Positions 50,460-63,255 of a DNA stretch of 64,000 nucleotides are shown in pieces; position 1 is the first letter of the stretch; every line of letters starts with the position of its first letter. Where the stretch lies: positions 6,636,001 to 6,700,000 of the forward strand of contig CM075990.1 of assembly GCA_038087875.1 (NCBI GenBank). Reading direction: 5' to 3'. A program made the translations under genes and the position numbers. The stretch comes from Malacoraja senta. Lineage: Eukaryota. Below the pieces are notes generated by a model, which worked only from the letters and a program-made list of their open reading frames with translations, made no database searches and was not told where the DNA came from.

Positions 50460-50580
50460 TAGAAGCTTCCCGACCCGAAACATCACTTATCCATGTTCTC
50501 CAGAGATGCTGCCTGACCCGCTGAGTTACTCCAACACTTTGTGTGCTTTTGTGTAAACCAGCATCTGTAGTTCCTTGCAG
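50460..50580 (+). mobile_element. Penelope-derived arm
   Basis: cccgacccgaaacatcac.tatccatgttctccagagatgctgcctgacccgctgag. Confidence 0.8.
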
Positions 50581-50895
50581 CTCCATCTGCATCTCCAGCT
50601 CCAGAACATTCTAACTTCCTTCTGATGTTGTGTCTGTTGGCACGGTGCCTTTGGTAAGAGTTCTACCTCCCATTGCAAATCGAGGGCCTAGACACAGTCA
50701 ATGAAACACAAAAATACCTAACTCCTGCATACCACACATAAAGGATGTTTATCTGCTGTGAGCAATAAATGATCAAATGTTGAATTATTGCATAAAATTA
50801 GCAACGGTGCGTCCAGGGTTTGGTTTGGGTGATGTGGTGTGGAGAGGCAAAAAAGATCCGTTTTTTAGGCCACTGCCCAGACACAAGTGTGGCAC

Positions 50896-51488
50896 AGAAA
50901 CATAGAAAATAGGTGCAGGAGGAGGCCATTCGGCCCTTTGAGCCAGCACCGCCATTCATTGTGATCATGGCTGGTCGTCCCCAATCAATAACCCGTGCCT
51001 GTCTTCTCCCCATATCCCTTGATCCCACTAGCCCCTAGAGCTCTATCTAACTCTCTCTTAAATCCATTCAGTGACTTGGCCTCCACTGCCCTCTGTGGCA
51101 GGGAACTCCACAAATTCACAACTCTCTGGGTGAAAAAGGTTTGTCTCACCTCAGTCTTAAATGGCCTCCCCTTTATTCTAAGACTGCGGCCCCTGGTTCT
51201 GGACTCACCCAACATTGGGAACATTTTTCCTGCATCTAGCTTGTCCAGTCCTTTTATAATTTTACATGTTTCTATAAGATCACCCCTCACCCTTCTAAAC
51301 TCCAGTGAATACAAGCCTAGTATTTTAAATCTTTCCTCATATGACAGTCCCGCCATCCCAGGGATCAATCTTGTGAACCTATGCTACGCTGCCTCAATCA
51401 CAAGGATGTCCTTCCTCAAATTAGACCAAAACTGTACGTAATACTCCAGATGTGGTCTTACCAGAGCCCTATACAACTGCAGAAGAAG
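50896..51488 (-). mobile_element. CR1 3' fragment
   Basis: IPGMAGLSYEER..LYSLEFRR..GDLIE; same subfamily as 22769-23500. Confidence 0.92.
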
Positions 51489-51847
51489 TGTTGCTCTTAA
51501 TACAAACTGGGGCAGCCATTCCCCCTCAGTCCAGCTGAAAGGATTACTTAATGGATACAACTCATAATTACTGCATCTCTCTTAATCAAGCTATTTGGCT
51601 CCATGCACAGAACTTCAGTAGGAAGGTACGGAAGTTATCTACTGACGAGATTGTTTTCCTGTACAGTTTCATTCAAGAAGGGGAAGAAGACAAAATTTCA
51701 CTTCTCTTAACCTGGGCTTCAAGCTACACTCTGAAGGAAATTGATTGCGATACTAATACTATTGAGTTGACATTTTATGCAGATCCCCATAGCATGGTGG
51801 TAAAATATTGGCCACTGTTGTTTTGTTGCAACCAGTACTTAACAAGC

Positions 51848-52416
51848 ACAGGTGGTGCAGCAGTAGAGTTGCTGCCTTACAGATCCGGGTTCGATCCTGA
51901 CCACGGGTGCTGTCTGTACAGAGTTTGTACACTCTCCCCGTGACCTGCGTGGGATTTCTCCGAGATCTTGGGTTTTCTCCCACATTCCAAAGATGTACAG
52001 GTTTAGAGATGAATTGGCTTGGTATAAATGTATAAATATAAAATTGAGCCTAGTTTGTGTAGGTAGTGTTAATTTTTAGTTTAGAGATACAGCGCGGAAA
52101 CAGGCCCTTCAGCCCACCGAGTCCACGCCGAGCATTGATCCCCGCATATTAACACTATCCTACACACACTAAGGACAATTTTTACAAGCCAATTTACCCA
52201 CATACCTTTACGTCTTTGCACGTTCTCCCCGTGACCTGCGTGGGTTTTCTCCGAGATCTTCGGTTTCCTCCCACATTCCAAAGACGTACAGGTGTGTAGG
52301 TTAATTGGCTTGATGTAAGTGTAAATTGTCCCTAGTAGGGTAGTGTTAATGTGCGGGGATCGCTGGTCGGTGCGGACTCGGTGGGCCGAAGGGCCTGTTT
52401 CCACGCTGTATCTCTC
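51848..52416. mobile_element. Cluster of V-SINE pieces in +/-/+ orientation
   Basis: Plus 51848-52075, minus 52076-52218, plus 52219-52416. Confidence 0.85.
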
Positions 52417-52968
52417 ATTGGTTGCAGTTGTATTTATAGTCGATTTTCCTCCTTGTAGTGCAGTGAGGGGAACAGTGTCCCAGATCCAATACATTCTGCT
52501 ATTCATTTATTATACAGTGGTATAATGTTCTCATTCTTAGTTTCATCAAGAGGAACATTGGTTCGGTTTGGAGCCAGTCAAACAGGGTTTATTTATTCAA
52601 GTAAAACTCTAGCTGATGGAGCTTACTGCTCTTTTCCAGATCTGATCTTTATCTGCATGTGCGTTCAATGAATTGAAGCCCCAAATCAGGCAAACATTCA
52701 GAATAAAGAAGTCTTCACAGGTTCAGAATAGAGATGAAGCTCAGCTGCTCAAACGACAACATCTAACACGAGGTCATACTCTCCTGAAGATATTAACATG
52801 CCTCCTTTTAAATTCTCCCTGAACCCATTTTATGGAATATAATTTGTACAGAAGTCCAGGCCAGCTTATTAAAATTTCTCCTCTTCATCCTGATCGATCT
52901 GCCAGTAATGTAGTCCAAAACTCTCTTCATTGTTTGCAACCAAGTGAAGCCTGGAATGTATATTGTTT

Positions 52969-53176
52969 CGGAAAGAACTGCAGAAGCTGGTTTAAATCGA
53001 AGATAGACGCAAAATGCTGGTCAGGCAGCCTCCCTGGAGAAAAGGAATAGTTGACGTTTCGGGTCAAGACCCTTCTTCAGACTCAGAAGGGTCTCGACCC
53101 AAAACATCACCTAATCCTTTTCTCCAGCGATGCTGTCTGACTCACTGAGGTACTCCAGCTTTTTGTGTCTATCTTC
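52969..53176. mobile_element. Palindromic Penelope-derived unit with 14-bp TSD
   Basis: gacccttcttcagactcagaagggtctcgaccc at the centre; AATGTA(T/A)ATTGTTT at 52955-52968 and 53177-53190. Confidence 0.82.
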
Positions 53177-53364
53177 AATGTAAATTGTTTTACAGGTATT
53201 TTGTGATGAGTTAATTCAGAAACCCCTTTGATAACAAGACCTGAGATGTAATTATGATCTTGTTGGCGTTCCTCTCAGTGGTCACCATGTTGCCCATTCA
53301 ATTCAATGTATTCCTTCAGGAACTGCTCAAAATTAGCATCCAAGATTCATCTTTCACTGAGTGT

Positions 53365-53850
53365 GCACAGTCCAAGAGTCCAATGTCAAGAATGTTCAAT
53401 TGTCAAATATACTGACGATGGAACAATTAAATACTTACCTGCAGCAGCATAACAGGTCTGCAAACTCAATACAGGCATGAATCATAACTTAACTTCAATA
53501 AAGAAATAACTGTAATACGAGTGCAAAAAGGAACTGAAGTCCTTAGTGCAAGCTAGACAGTACATGGAACCGTGCTGCTGAGGTTAGTGTTGGTTATGGG
53601 AAGTGAACTATTCTGAGGGTCACTGTTTTCGGGCTCCTGTACCTTCTTCCCGATGGTAAGGGTGGAAAGTGAGCATGGTCACGGTGGTGCAGTCTCTAAT
53701 ATTGGTGCTCTTTTGTGCCTGTGCTTCATGTAGATCCCTTCAATAGTGGGGACGTCAGTACCTGCACTGTTACAGGCAGTGTCTACCAATCTCTGAAATC
53801 TCCATCATTCCTGGGCATTGAGTTGCCGAACCAGGTCAGGGTAACCTGCA
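53365..53850 (-). mobile_element. Decayed Rex1/Babar-like 3' fragment
   Basis: ggctcctgtaccttcttcccgatgg, gagttgccgaaccagg, homologous to 55420-55660. Confidence 0.75.
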
Positions 53851-54182
53851 GCAGCTGCATCTTCTTGCCTTTCCATGGATGCGTGTCTCACCTCTTTCCT
53901 TTGGAACTGATTGACCTGATACATGATAACCTCATTATTTAATTTTAACAGATCGGAATTTCCTGGGAGTTCCACCCGATGACTTTGATTGAAGGGGTTT
54001 CTGTCTCTGTGTTGGCTGGGTGAAGTTATGAGGAAATTCTTAGTGCCTAAGGCCTGTTTGTGTGCGGTACAAGAGAATTGCACATCCATTACACAATTGG
54101 TGACACTCTTCTTAGTGAGTACAATACCTTGGAAAAACCATACAACCACATCAGAACGACCATAAGCTTTATTTCGATACAC

Positions 54183-54388
54183 CAGAGAAGGCGAATCGAG
54201 GACAAGAGGACATAGGTTTAAGGTGAAGGGGAAAATATTTAATAGGATTCTGAGGGGTGACTTTTCGACACTAAGGGTGGTGGGGGTACGGAACGAGCTG
54301 CCAGAGGAGGTAGTTGACGCAGGGACTATCCCAGGGGCTACCCCAACATATAAGAAACAGTTAGACAAGTACATGGATAGGACAGGTT
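54183..54388 (+). mobile_element. CR1 3' fragment
   Basis: aggacaagaggacataggtttaaggtgaagggg..RVVGVRNELPEEVV. Confidence 0.85.
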
Positions 54389-55832
54389 CAAGACTCAAGA
54401 GTGTTTTATTGTCAAATGTCCGAGATTGAACAATGAAATTCTTACTTGCTGCAGCACAACAGAATATGTAAATATAGTGCACTGTAAACAATATGATAAA
54501 TGAGAGAGAGAAAAAAAAAGAAATAGTTCAGTGTGTGTATATATGCACAAACTCACAAGCACACACTTGCCTTCTGTATAATTAAAAGTCTAATCTTGAC
54601 CACTTCCTTTTTGCGCTTTATATTGATTTTAGAAAACACGCTACCACGTAGGCTGTGATTTTTGGCCATCTTACTCAGTCCCCCTCCGCTCATCAGGTGC
54701 TGAGGATTTTCCCATCGATGAAAAATAAAAGAGTTATTGGTGTTTAAAAAATGTTGAGATTCTCTCTCCTGTCAATCATGCCATGAAGGCCACGCCCCTT
54801 CTGGTGGGAGGGGGGAGGGACTATAAAACCCAGAAGGGTGGGCATGGCTCAGTCTCTGCAAGATGGAGGAGGGAGAGGTCACGACTCGCTGTCTTTAGTG
54901 GCCTTGCAACTTGCTTGAAATGGTATGAAACTGCACTTGAATTTGGTGGCCTTGCACCCTGCTTGAAATGGAATTTCAAGGAATAGCCGTGAGTCAACTG
55001 CCAGCCCACCAGCCGTGAGTGACTGAGCTGCCAGCACAACAGGTTTGAGTGACAGCCGCCAGCCCAAGAATCCATTCGGCCCACAATGTCCATACTAGCC
55101 CTCTGGAAACCAGTCCCTTCAGCCCACAAGATCCATACTAGCGCTCCAGAAAGTCCCCCCCCCCCCCCCCACTGGCCACCATTATTGGAATTGGTTCAGA
55201 AGTGGAATATTGCGTAGGTGGACCAGCCATCCCGTGTGATACTGGGACCCAACAGGTCCCACTTAGTCTAGTATATATATATATATATTATATATACACA
55301 CACACACTCAAAAAACAAAAATAGTAGTGCAATAATAATAATAATAATCTATTGCATTTCAGAGCTTATTTGAGATTGCCGTGTTTAATAGCCTGATGGC
55401 TGTTGGGAAGTAGCTATTCCTAAACCTCAACGTTAGTTTTCAGGCTCCTGTACATTCCTCCCGATGGCAGGGATGAGATAAGTGTGTGGCCAGGATGGTG
55501 TGGGTCTTTGATGATGCTGGCTGCCGTTTTGAGGCAGCGACTGCGATAAATCCCTTCGATGGTGGGGAGGTCAGAGCTGGTAATGGACTGGGCAGTGTTC
55601 ACAACTTTTTGCAGTCTATTTCGCTCCTGGGCAATCAAGTTGCCGAACCAGGCCATGATGCAACCAGTCAATATGCTCTCTACTGTGCACCTGTAGAAGT
55701 TCAAGAGAATCCTCTCTGACATATCGAATCTCCGTAATCTTCTCAGGAAGTAGAGGCGTTGATGTGCTTCATTTATAATTGCATCAGTGCGCTGGGTCCA
55801 GGAAAGATCTTCGGAAATATGCACGCCAGGAA
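54388..55832 (-). mobile_element. Rex1/Babar-like LINE 3' part split by a Helitron
   Basis: GVHISEDLSW..AHQRLYFLRRLRRF..FYRCTVESILTGCI.AW..IIKDPHHPGH..LPSG; the 3' UTR continues at 54388-54570. Confidence 0.88.
54573..55271 (+). mobile_element. Non-autonomous Helitron
   Basis: 5' TCTGTATAATTAAAAG; subterminal hairpin TGGGACC-caaca-GGTCCCA (55243-55261); 3' CTAG (55268-55271) followed by T; no TSD. Confidence 0.8.
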
Positions 55833-56050
55833 TTGGAGGGATACGGGCCAAACGTGGGCAGGTGGGACTACTGTAGTTGGGACATGTAGACTCTATAACT
55901 CTATTTCACATAATGCAGAGTCAACACTACATTCTCATACTCATGATCTCACAGGATTGTATCTAATAATCAGGTGCAATGTTTACCGAAACAATCTCTG
56001 GCAAATCAAATATTCATGATGTCCCCGTCGTTTCCGGTTATAGAGACTTA

Positions 56051-56241
56051 AGGGCCTGTCCCACTTGGGAGTCATTTGCGTGTCACACAAGTGGCACGCG
56101 AAGATTTTGTGAATCCCAAAATCCTGGGGCGCCGCGTGCGACCGCGCGTCACTGCCTACGTCACCACGCACCATACACGCGTAATGCACGCATAATGCAC
56201 GCATGATGTCGCCCAAATGACGCCCAAGTGGGACAGGCCCT
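56051..56241. mobile_element. Harbinger-like MITE, subfamily 1
   Basis: AGGGCCTGTCCCACTTGGG...CCCAAGTGGGACAGGCCCT with TTA TSD; interior homologous to 21629-21831. Confidence 0.9.
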
Positions 56242-56727
56242 TTAGTGTTATGTTGCGTGTTGTATGAATGACAATGTCATGGATTCTCATTATCAAGGGA
56301 AATAATATATCGACGTACTTTATCTGACATTTCCTGTGTCTCGACTTTTTATTTTCACATTCTAGGTTTATTTGGTTTGACACGGAAGGATGGTGACAGT
56401 TTAGGCTCGTGTCGGATTACGCAGGCCAGCAAATTTCTCACATAACATATTTCCTTTTGCTCTCTTTTTTCAGATGTTGTTCGTCCTGTTGCCTCTCTCT
56501 TCGAGCGCCTTCCTGCCACAAGAGAGATACAAAGGGAAGGAACACCACCTGATAACCCTCCAGGCATTTACTTTGTGTCCTACTTGATTATTGTCTTGTT
56601 GGATGACAAGTAGGACAAACTAGATTGTATGAAAGACCATATTTCAGAACTCAATCATACAATACAATAGCCCTATCAGCATTCACACAGGGAAGCTCGT
56701 ATTCAGCAATCCTTCATATTTAGTGTA

Positions 56728-57012
56728 GACGATAGACAATAGACAATAGGTGCAGGAGTAGGCCATTCGGCCCTTCGAGCCAGCACCGCCATACAATGTG
56801 ATTATGGCTGATCATTCCCAATCAGTACCCCGTTCCTGCCTTCTCCCCATATCCCCTGACTCCGCTATTTTTAAGAGCCCTATCTAGCTCTCTCTTGAAA
56901 GCATACAGAGAACCCGCCTCCACCGCCCTCTGAGGCAGAGAATTCCACAGACTCACCACTCTCTGTGAGAAAAAGTGTTTCCTCGTCTCCGTTCTAAATG
57001 GCTTATTCTTAA
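56728..57012 (-). mobile_element. CR1 3' fragment with (CTATTGT)n tail
   Basis: PFRTETRKHFFSQRVVSLWNSLP; near-identical to 49326-49765. Confidence 0.9.
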
Positions 57013-57149
57013 TTATGTAGTAATCATGCACTTTTAGCATCAATTTTTTGCATTTAAAATAAGGTCATTTAGGCATTATTTTAAGACATTATTTTTGCAC
57101 TTTTATTGTCTATTTGTCTGTTTTTTTGTTATATATACTCAACTTTTTT

Positions 57150-57422
57150 TTTAGTTTAGAGATACAGCGCAGAAACAGGCCATTCGAGTCCACACCGACC
57201 ATATTGACACGACCCTACACACACTAACGACAATTTTACATTTACACCCAGCCAATTAACCCACAAACTTGTACGTCTTTGGACTGTGGGAGGAAACCGA
57301 TCTCGGAAAAAACCCACGCAGGTCACGGGAAAAACGTACAGACAAGCACCCGTAGTCAGGGTCGAACCCTGGGCTCTGGCTCTGTAAGACAGTAGCTCTA
57401 CCACTATGCCACCGTGCCACCC
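57150..57422 (-). mobile_element. V-SINE (HE1-like)
   Basis: ttagtttagagatacagcg...gtagtcagggtcgaaccc. Confidence 0.88.
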
Positions 57423-58917
57423 TTGTTTAATATGGTTTTACAGAGAACTAAGTTTAAGTATCTGTTGCTGCAAGTAAGAATTTCATTGTTCCATTTCTGG
57501 ACATATGGCAATAAAACACTCTTGATTTGACTCTTGAGTCATAGGAAAACCTACATAAATCTATCATTGAACCTATTTGGGTCACAGTTCTATTAAATTG
57601 AACGGTGATTTAAATAGCTGCAGTTCAAATCATTTGAAGATAGTCTAAGGGTAGACACAAAATGTTGTAGTAACTCAGTGGGTGAGGCAGCATCTCTTGA
57701 GAGAAGGAATGGGCGACGTTTCCGGTCGAGACTTTGATGATAGTCTCTATTAGGTTAAAAAGTGTTCAATAGCGGACAGAGTCAAGGTCCCTAAAGAATT
57801 GAGGAGAGATTTTTCTTGGCAAATAAAAGTAGCAACAGATGGTGTGGGACCTGCATCGCTCGAGGGTAGATCCTTGAGAGTGAAACCAACCTCCTGATTA
57901 TCTGGGCATCAAATGTTTTAAATCAGCCTCAAAGTGTGAACCTCACAGCTTGAATGAAGAAACAGGGTTGGGATATCGTTGTAATGTATCAATCAGCACT
58001 TTGAACTCCCACTTCAGTCGGACAAGACTCGGGGTTAGGGAGAACCTTTGAGAAGCCAAGAAGCTTTACTTAATTTCAGTCACTGCCTGGGGACATGGTG
58101 AATGCAGCGTGACATTTATATGACCTGTTGATATATTGTCAGACACCGGGACATCTTCCTCTGAAAAGGCTTTGCATTCCTATAAAATCATCGGCTGTTT
58201 GAAGCATTAACACTGGATTTCGGTCTAAGAGGGTTTACTGCTTAATAGCCCCGTTTGCTCTTTGTTGAACTTGTGCATCCTACTGTGGATGATCCACGCA
58301 GAACAGACGGGTGTCAGGGGTTATGGGGAGAAGGCAGGAGAACGGGATTGCGAGGGAGCGATAGATCAGCCATGATTGAATGGCGGGGTAGAAGTGATGG
58401 GCCGAATGGCCTAATCCTGCTCCTAGAACTTATGAACAGTAGCCAATGATGTAGCCAGCTAATATGGGAGAGTGTGACTTGCTCAAGGTACATTCATCAC
58501 ATCTTTAGGTGAAAGGGTTGCTTTTGGATCAATAGCTGGCAGACTATCACTAGGTCGCAGCTAATAGACACTGGGGCTCTCTGCCTGTGGTCTGAGTGTG
58601 CAGTTTGTGTCCTGACAGGACAATACTCAATGCTACTTAACTTGCTGAATATTTCCAACTCTCTCTGTTTTTATTTCATAAGGTCACAAGTTCATAAGTG
58701 ATAGGAGCAGAATTAGCCCACTTGACCCATCAAGTCTACTCTGCCATTCAATCATGGCTGCCCTATCTCTTGCTCCTAACCCCATTCTCCTGCCATCTCC
58801 CCATAACCCCTGACACCTGTATCAGTGTTTTCGTATACCCGAACGCAGTATAAAGATCAATTACCAAGTTGGTTATGAGGTAGAATTCACAACAATCTCC
58901 GCTCAGTCTGTTTTAAC

Positions 58918-59175
58918 CAACCTGATCACCCGGTTGTTCAGCACTTCAACTCCCCCTCCCATTCCCAATCTGACCTTTCTGTCCTGGGCCTCCTCCATTG
59001 TCAAAGTGAGGCCCAGGATAAATTGGAGGAACAGTACCTTATATTTAGCTTGGGTAGTTTACACCCCAGCGGTATGAACATTGACTTCTCTAATTTTAGA
59101 TAGCCCTTGCTTTCTCCCTCCTTCCCCTCCTCCTCCCCAGTTCTCCCACAAGTCCTACTGTCTCCGCCTACTTCC
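58918..59175 (+). mobile_element. Penelope GIY-YIG C-terminal fragment
   Basis: cagcacttcaactccccctcccattcc...aaattggaggaacag, homologous to 31018-31203. Confidence 0.85.
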
Positions 59176-60737
59176 TTTCATTTTCCGCGCTGTATCTCTA
59201 AATTAAACTAAATACAGGTCTGGACAAGATAAGCTCCGGACAAGATAAGTGATGCATGAATCACTTCAGCCCTGATGGTAATCATTGTAACGACAAATTG
59301 CCCATGTACTATGGCTACTTTGTACATGAACTTTAGCACCCTGCTTGAAGTGAGGGAAATGTCACAGGCCCTACATATATACTGGCAATGCTCATGGTGC
59401 AGGTAGGTGGTTTAGGTTAGTGGTCAGCAGTAGGAAACCCAGATCATGCCTCATTCCTCACTGGTGGCTAATGCTAGCATCGCAGCTGTTCAATGTAGCT
59501 GAACTAGAGCTAAAGCTCATCGATAATGAACAGCAGCGGTGCAAGACCTTGCCAAGGATCCCCTTTATGTGAATCTTGGTGTCAACGTACAACACAGAAG
59601 AAGGCAAGATCAAGCTTTACCACCCAAAATGTCAACGCCAAACACGTTACACTCATCTGCTCTGCCTGCACGTGATCCATAACCCTCCAATCCCTGCATA
59701 TCCATGTGCCTAGCTAAAAGTCTCTTAATGCTGGTAATTTAATAGGAACCTTAGGGCAACTTTTTAACATAGGGAGTGGGTATATGAGGCAAGGTGCCAG
59801 AAGATGAAGTTGAACCAGGTACTATAACAACCTTGGACTGGTACATGGATAGGAAAGGTTTAGAGGAATGTGGGCTAAAGGTAGGCAGATGGGATTAGGG
59901 TAGATGGGGCATGTGGGTCAGCATGGGCAAGTTGGGCTGAAGGGCCTGTTTCCATGCTTCAGAACTCCACGACACTTAACAGATCATATTTGCTATTGTG
60001 TTTGCAGTATTCCTGTGACTGCTATGGTATTTTGATCGAACATAAGCAGCCTACTGTGCTGGTCTGCTCAACATCTCAATGGATTGTTATTTTGTGGCAA
60101 CATTTTCCTCAGAATGGAAAATTGAATCTTGGCTGTAGTTTTCTTTCTGAAATGTATGATTTGAGTCAACCTGCACCTTCTCTAAAGGAGTAGTCTTTTC
60201 TTTAACAAGCTTCTGACCATTTCCATTTCCATTTCCAAGCATTACCATTTCATAGCAAATCGGGTTTTTTTCTGAAGAAAGACCTCTTGGAAACTTCTCT
60301 TCCAACGTTGCCCGTAGCACAAACCAACTCTTGTAATTCAGTCGGAAAACTAATTCTGTAGATGCTCTTTCAACTTCTATGGAAAGAACTGGATGCTACA
60401 AAAACATTTGGCCATGGATTAAGTACCAGGGTCAACTCATGGAGACAAGGAGCTCGCTTCACCCCAGCTTTCCAGTCACGTTCCTCCACCTCCCCTCTCC
60501 CCTGTTTGCCCTTTCGCTGTTGCGCCATGAAAAAGCAAAAACTGGCATTGCTTTTCATTACCCTGCCATAGCACCTCACAGCTGTGTTTTATAGCTCCTC
60601 CTGATTTGTGTGTACAGCTTATTTCTCTTGCGATGAATAGTGTTTTCTCCCCGAGCTTCATGGAAAGTGTAAAGCACAAAAAAACAAGGCATCAAAATGC
60701 ACTGCATCCTCTAACTATGCACACATGGGTAGCGCGG

Positions 60738-61536
60738 CTTGTCCAGAGTGGATGTGGAGAGGATGTTTCCACTGGTGGGTGACTCTAGGACCAGAGGTCA
60801 TAGCCTCAGGATTAAAGACGTTCCTTTAGGAAGGAGATGAGGAGGAATTTCTTTAGCCAGAGGGTGGTGAATCTGTGGAATTCATTGCCACAGAAGACTG
60901 TGGAGGCCAAGTCAATGGTATTTTTAAGGCCAAGATAGATAGATTCATATGCTGAGAGAATGGAGCAGCTGGGCTTGTACACTCTGGAGTTTAGAAGGAT
61001 AAGAGGGGATCTCATTGAAACATATAAGATTGTTAAGGGTTTGGACACGCTAGAGGCAGGAAACATGTTCCCGATGTTGGGGGAGTCCAGAACCAGGGGC
61101 CACAGTTTAAGAATAAGGACTAAGCCATTTAGAACGGAGACGAGGAAACACCTGTTCTCACAGAGAGTGGTGAGTCTGTGGATTTCTCTGCCTCAGAGGG
61201 TGGTGGAGGCATGTTCTCTGGATGCTTTCTAGAGAGAGCGAGATAGGGTTCTTAAAAATAGCGGAGTCAGGGGATATGGGGAGAAGGCAGGGACGAGGTA
61301 CTGATTGGGGATGATCAGCCATGATCACATTGAATGATGGTGCTGGCTCGAAGGGCCAAATGGCCTACTCCTGCACCTATTGTCTATTGTCTATTCTTGA
61401 TTAGTACGGGTGTCAGGGGTTATGGGGAGAAGGCAGCAGAATGGGGTTAGGAGGGAGAGATAGATCAGCCATGATTGAATGGTGGAGTAGACTTGTTGGC
61501 CTAATTCTGCTCCTATCACTTATGAACTTATGAACT
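60738..61536 (+). mobile_element. CR1 3' fragment (60947-61392) nested in another CR1 3' fragment
   Basis: gatagATTC[insert]ATTCttgattagtacggg; inner (CTATTGT)n tail, outer (CTTATGAA)n tail. Confidence 0.88.
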
Positions 61537-61959
61537 AAGAAGATTTAATGCTTCTTTAACAACACGGCATCTCACATGATGTTGTGATGAATGGCGTCGG
61601 CTCCACAATAGACCACAGATGTCCATCCGCATCTTAAATTTCATATATATCTCAAGTGGATGCCAAAGATATCACATCAACTGCACAGACCGGTTCACTG
61701 CCAGGTACCTGCTGTTAAGAAGACTGAAGATTAGAGTAACAATAGAGCTAATTTAAGAGACTGACATAGCTCTAGAAGGAGGTTTAAGTAATGATGCATG
61801 TATGACTGGAGAGTCATAGTCACAAATTAATTTTGAAAATGTGTATAGGTATCAACATGTGAGAGCTTCAGAATTGCAACTAAAAAAAAACTTTAATTCC
61901 TGTGGATTTGTAATTTATGCCTGGTTATTTCACAGTTATTGTTATTGAATGAGTTGATT

Positions 61960-62266
61960 CAAAGTTGCAGCAGGGAAACAGGGCCTTTGGCCCACCGAGT
62001 CCAGGCTGACCATTGATCATCCGTTCACACGAGTTTAATGTTATCCCACTTTCCTATCCACTCCCTACACATGAGGGGCAATTTTACAATGATCAATCAA
62101 CCAACAAATCTTTGTGGGGGGAAGCCAGAACACCCAGAGGAAACCCACACAAGTCAAAATGAGGACGATCAAACTCCAAATACAGACTGCAGCCGAGTTC
62201 AGGATCGAACCGGGGTCTCTGATGCTGTGAGACAGCAGATCGATCAGCTGCACCACTGTGCCACCT
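61960..62266 (-). mobile_element. V-SINE (HE1-like)
   Basis: ggaaacagggcctttggcccaccgagtcc...caggatcgaaccggggtc. Confidence 0.85.
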
Positions 62267-62394
62267 GAAGGGTGGATTTTTCAGGCGGGTGCCCTGAGCA
62301 GAGTTTGTGTTCGATCCAGGTACATCACATCGCTCCTATTTCTCAGCATGAAGAAGGCGTAGGCTCCCAGCTTTTGCATTGGGAGCAGCAACCT

Positions 62395-62745
62395 ATTGGT
62401 ATTTGTTTATTATTGTCATGTTTACCGAGATACAGTGAAAGACTTTGCTTGCATGCTGTCCAATCAAATCATATTATACATGAGTGCAACAAAAGCATAC
62501 ACTTGTAAAACAGATAGTGAAACTAGACTGCGGAATATAGTGTTGCAGTACGATGGTGTTACAGTTACAGATAAAGTGCAGACAAAAAAAGTGTAAGGTC
62601 TGAAATAAAGTAGTTTGGAAAATCAGGACTACACCCTAGGTTATAGAAGGACCGTTCTGTAGTCTTATAACAGTGGGGAAGAAGCTGTGCTTGAATTTGG
62701 TCGAACGCGCTTTCAAGCTTTTTTTATCTTCTGCCTGATGGGAGT
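62395..62745 (-). mobile_element. Decayed Rex1-like 3' UTR fragment
   Basis: tttattattgtca..taccgagatacagtgaaa...aacagtggggaagaagctg...tatcttctgcctgatgg. Confidence 0.65.
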
Positions 62746-63255
62746 ATGGAGACGTTTACCTCTCAATATGATAATAGAAAATTCTGGAAATACCCAATAG
62801 TTCCACGGACTTGTTAATCCTGGCCAAATTGTAGAGGCTAGGACCCTAAAATTGAGTAAAGGCTTCTGGGCTGCTAGGCCATTTGGCCAATTTAAAAGTG
62901 CTTTCTGTAGAAATGGGACAATCTGCAGAAAGGTGCCAGTTTGTCTACAGCCTAGATTAGAGTTGCAGGAAGAGAATGGGGACATCTGCAGACCATGTCA
63001 ATTAGGTACAAAATGCATAGAATGGATTGAATGAATGCAAAACAGACATACTAATTGTATATAATGTTGCAAAGCTTTACCTTGCTGGATGTTGATTGGA
63101 TTAAGTATTGAGCCTTGTCTGGTTTTCTTGCATATCAGGGCACACGTTGCGATGTTTGTTTCCTCTGAGAAACACTGTTTGAATACACTGTATTATTGGG
63201 TTAGGGAAATGTCTGTCATGTATGGGGTTAATCGATATCTGTTATTGGATTGTAA

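Noticed and set aside
55420..55851. ALKBH8 N-terminal-like (DUF1891) host gene fragment
   Set aside because: The QRLYFLRRL motif is the C-terminal region of Rex1/Babar ORFs, and the LINE 3' UTR follows.
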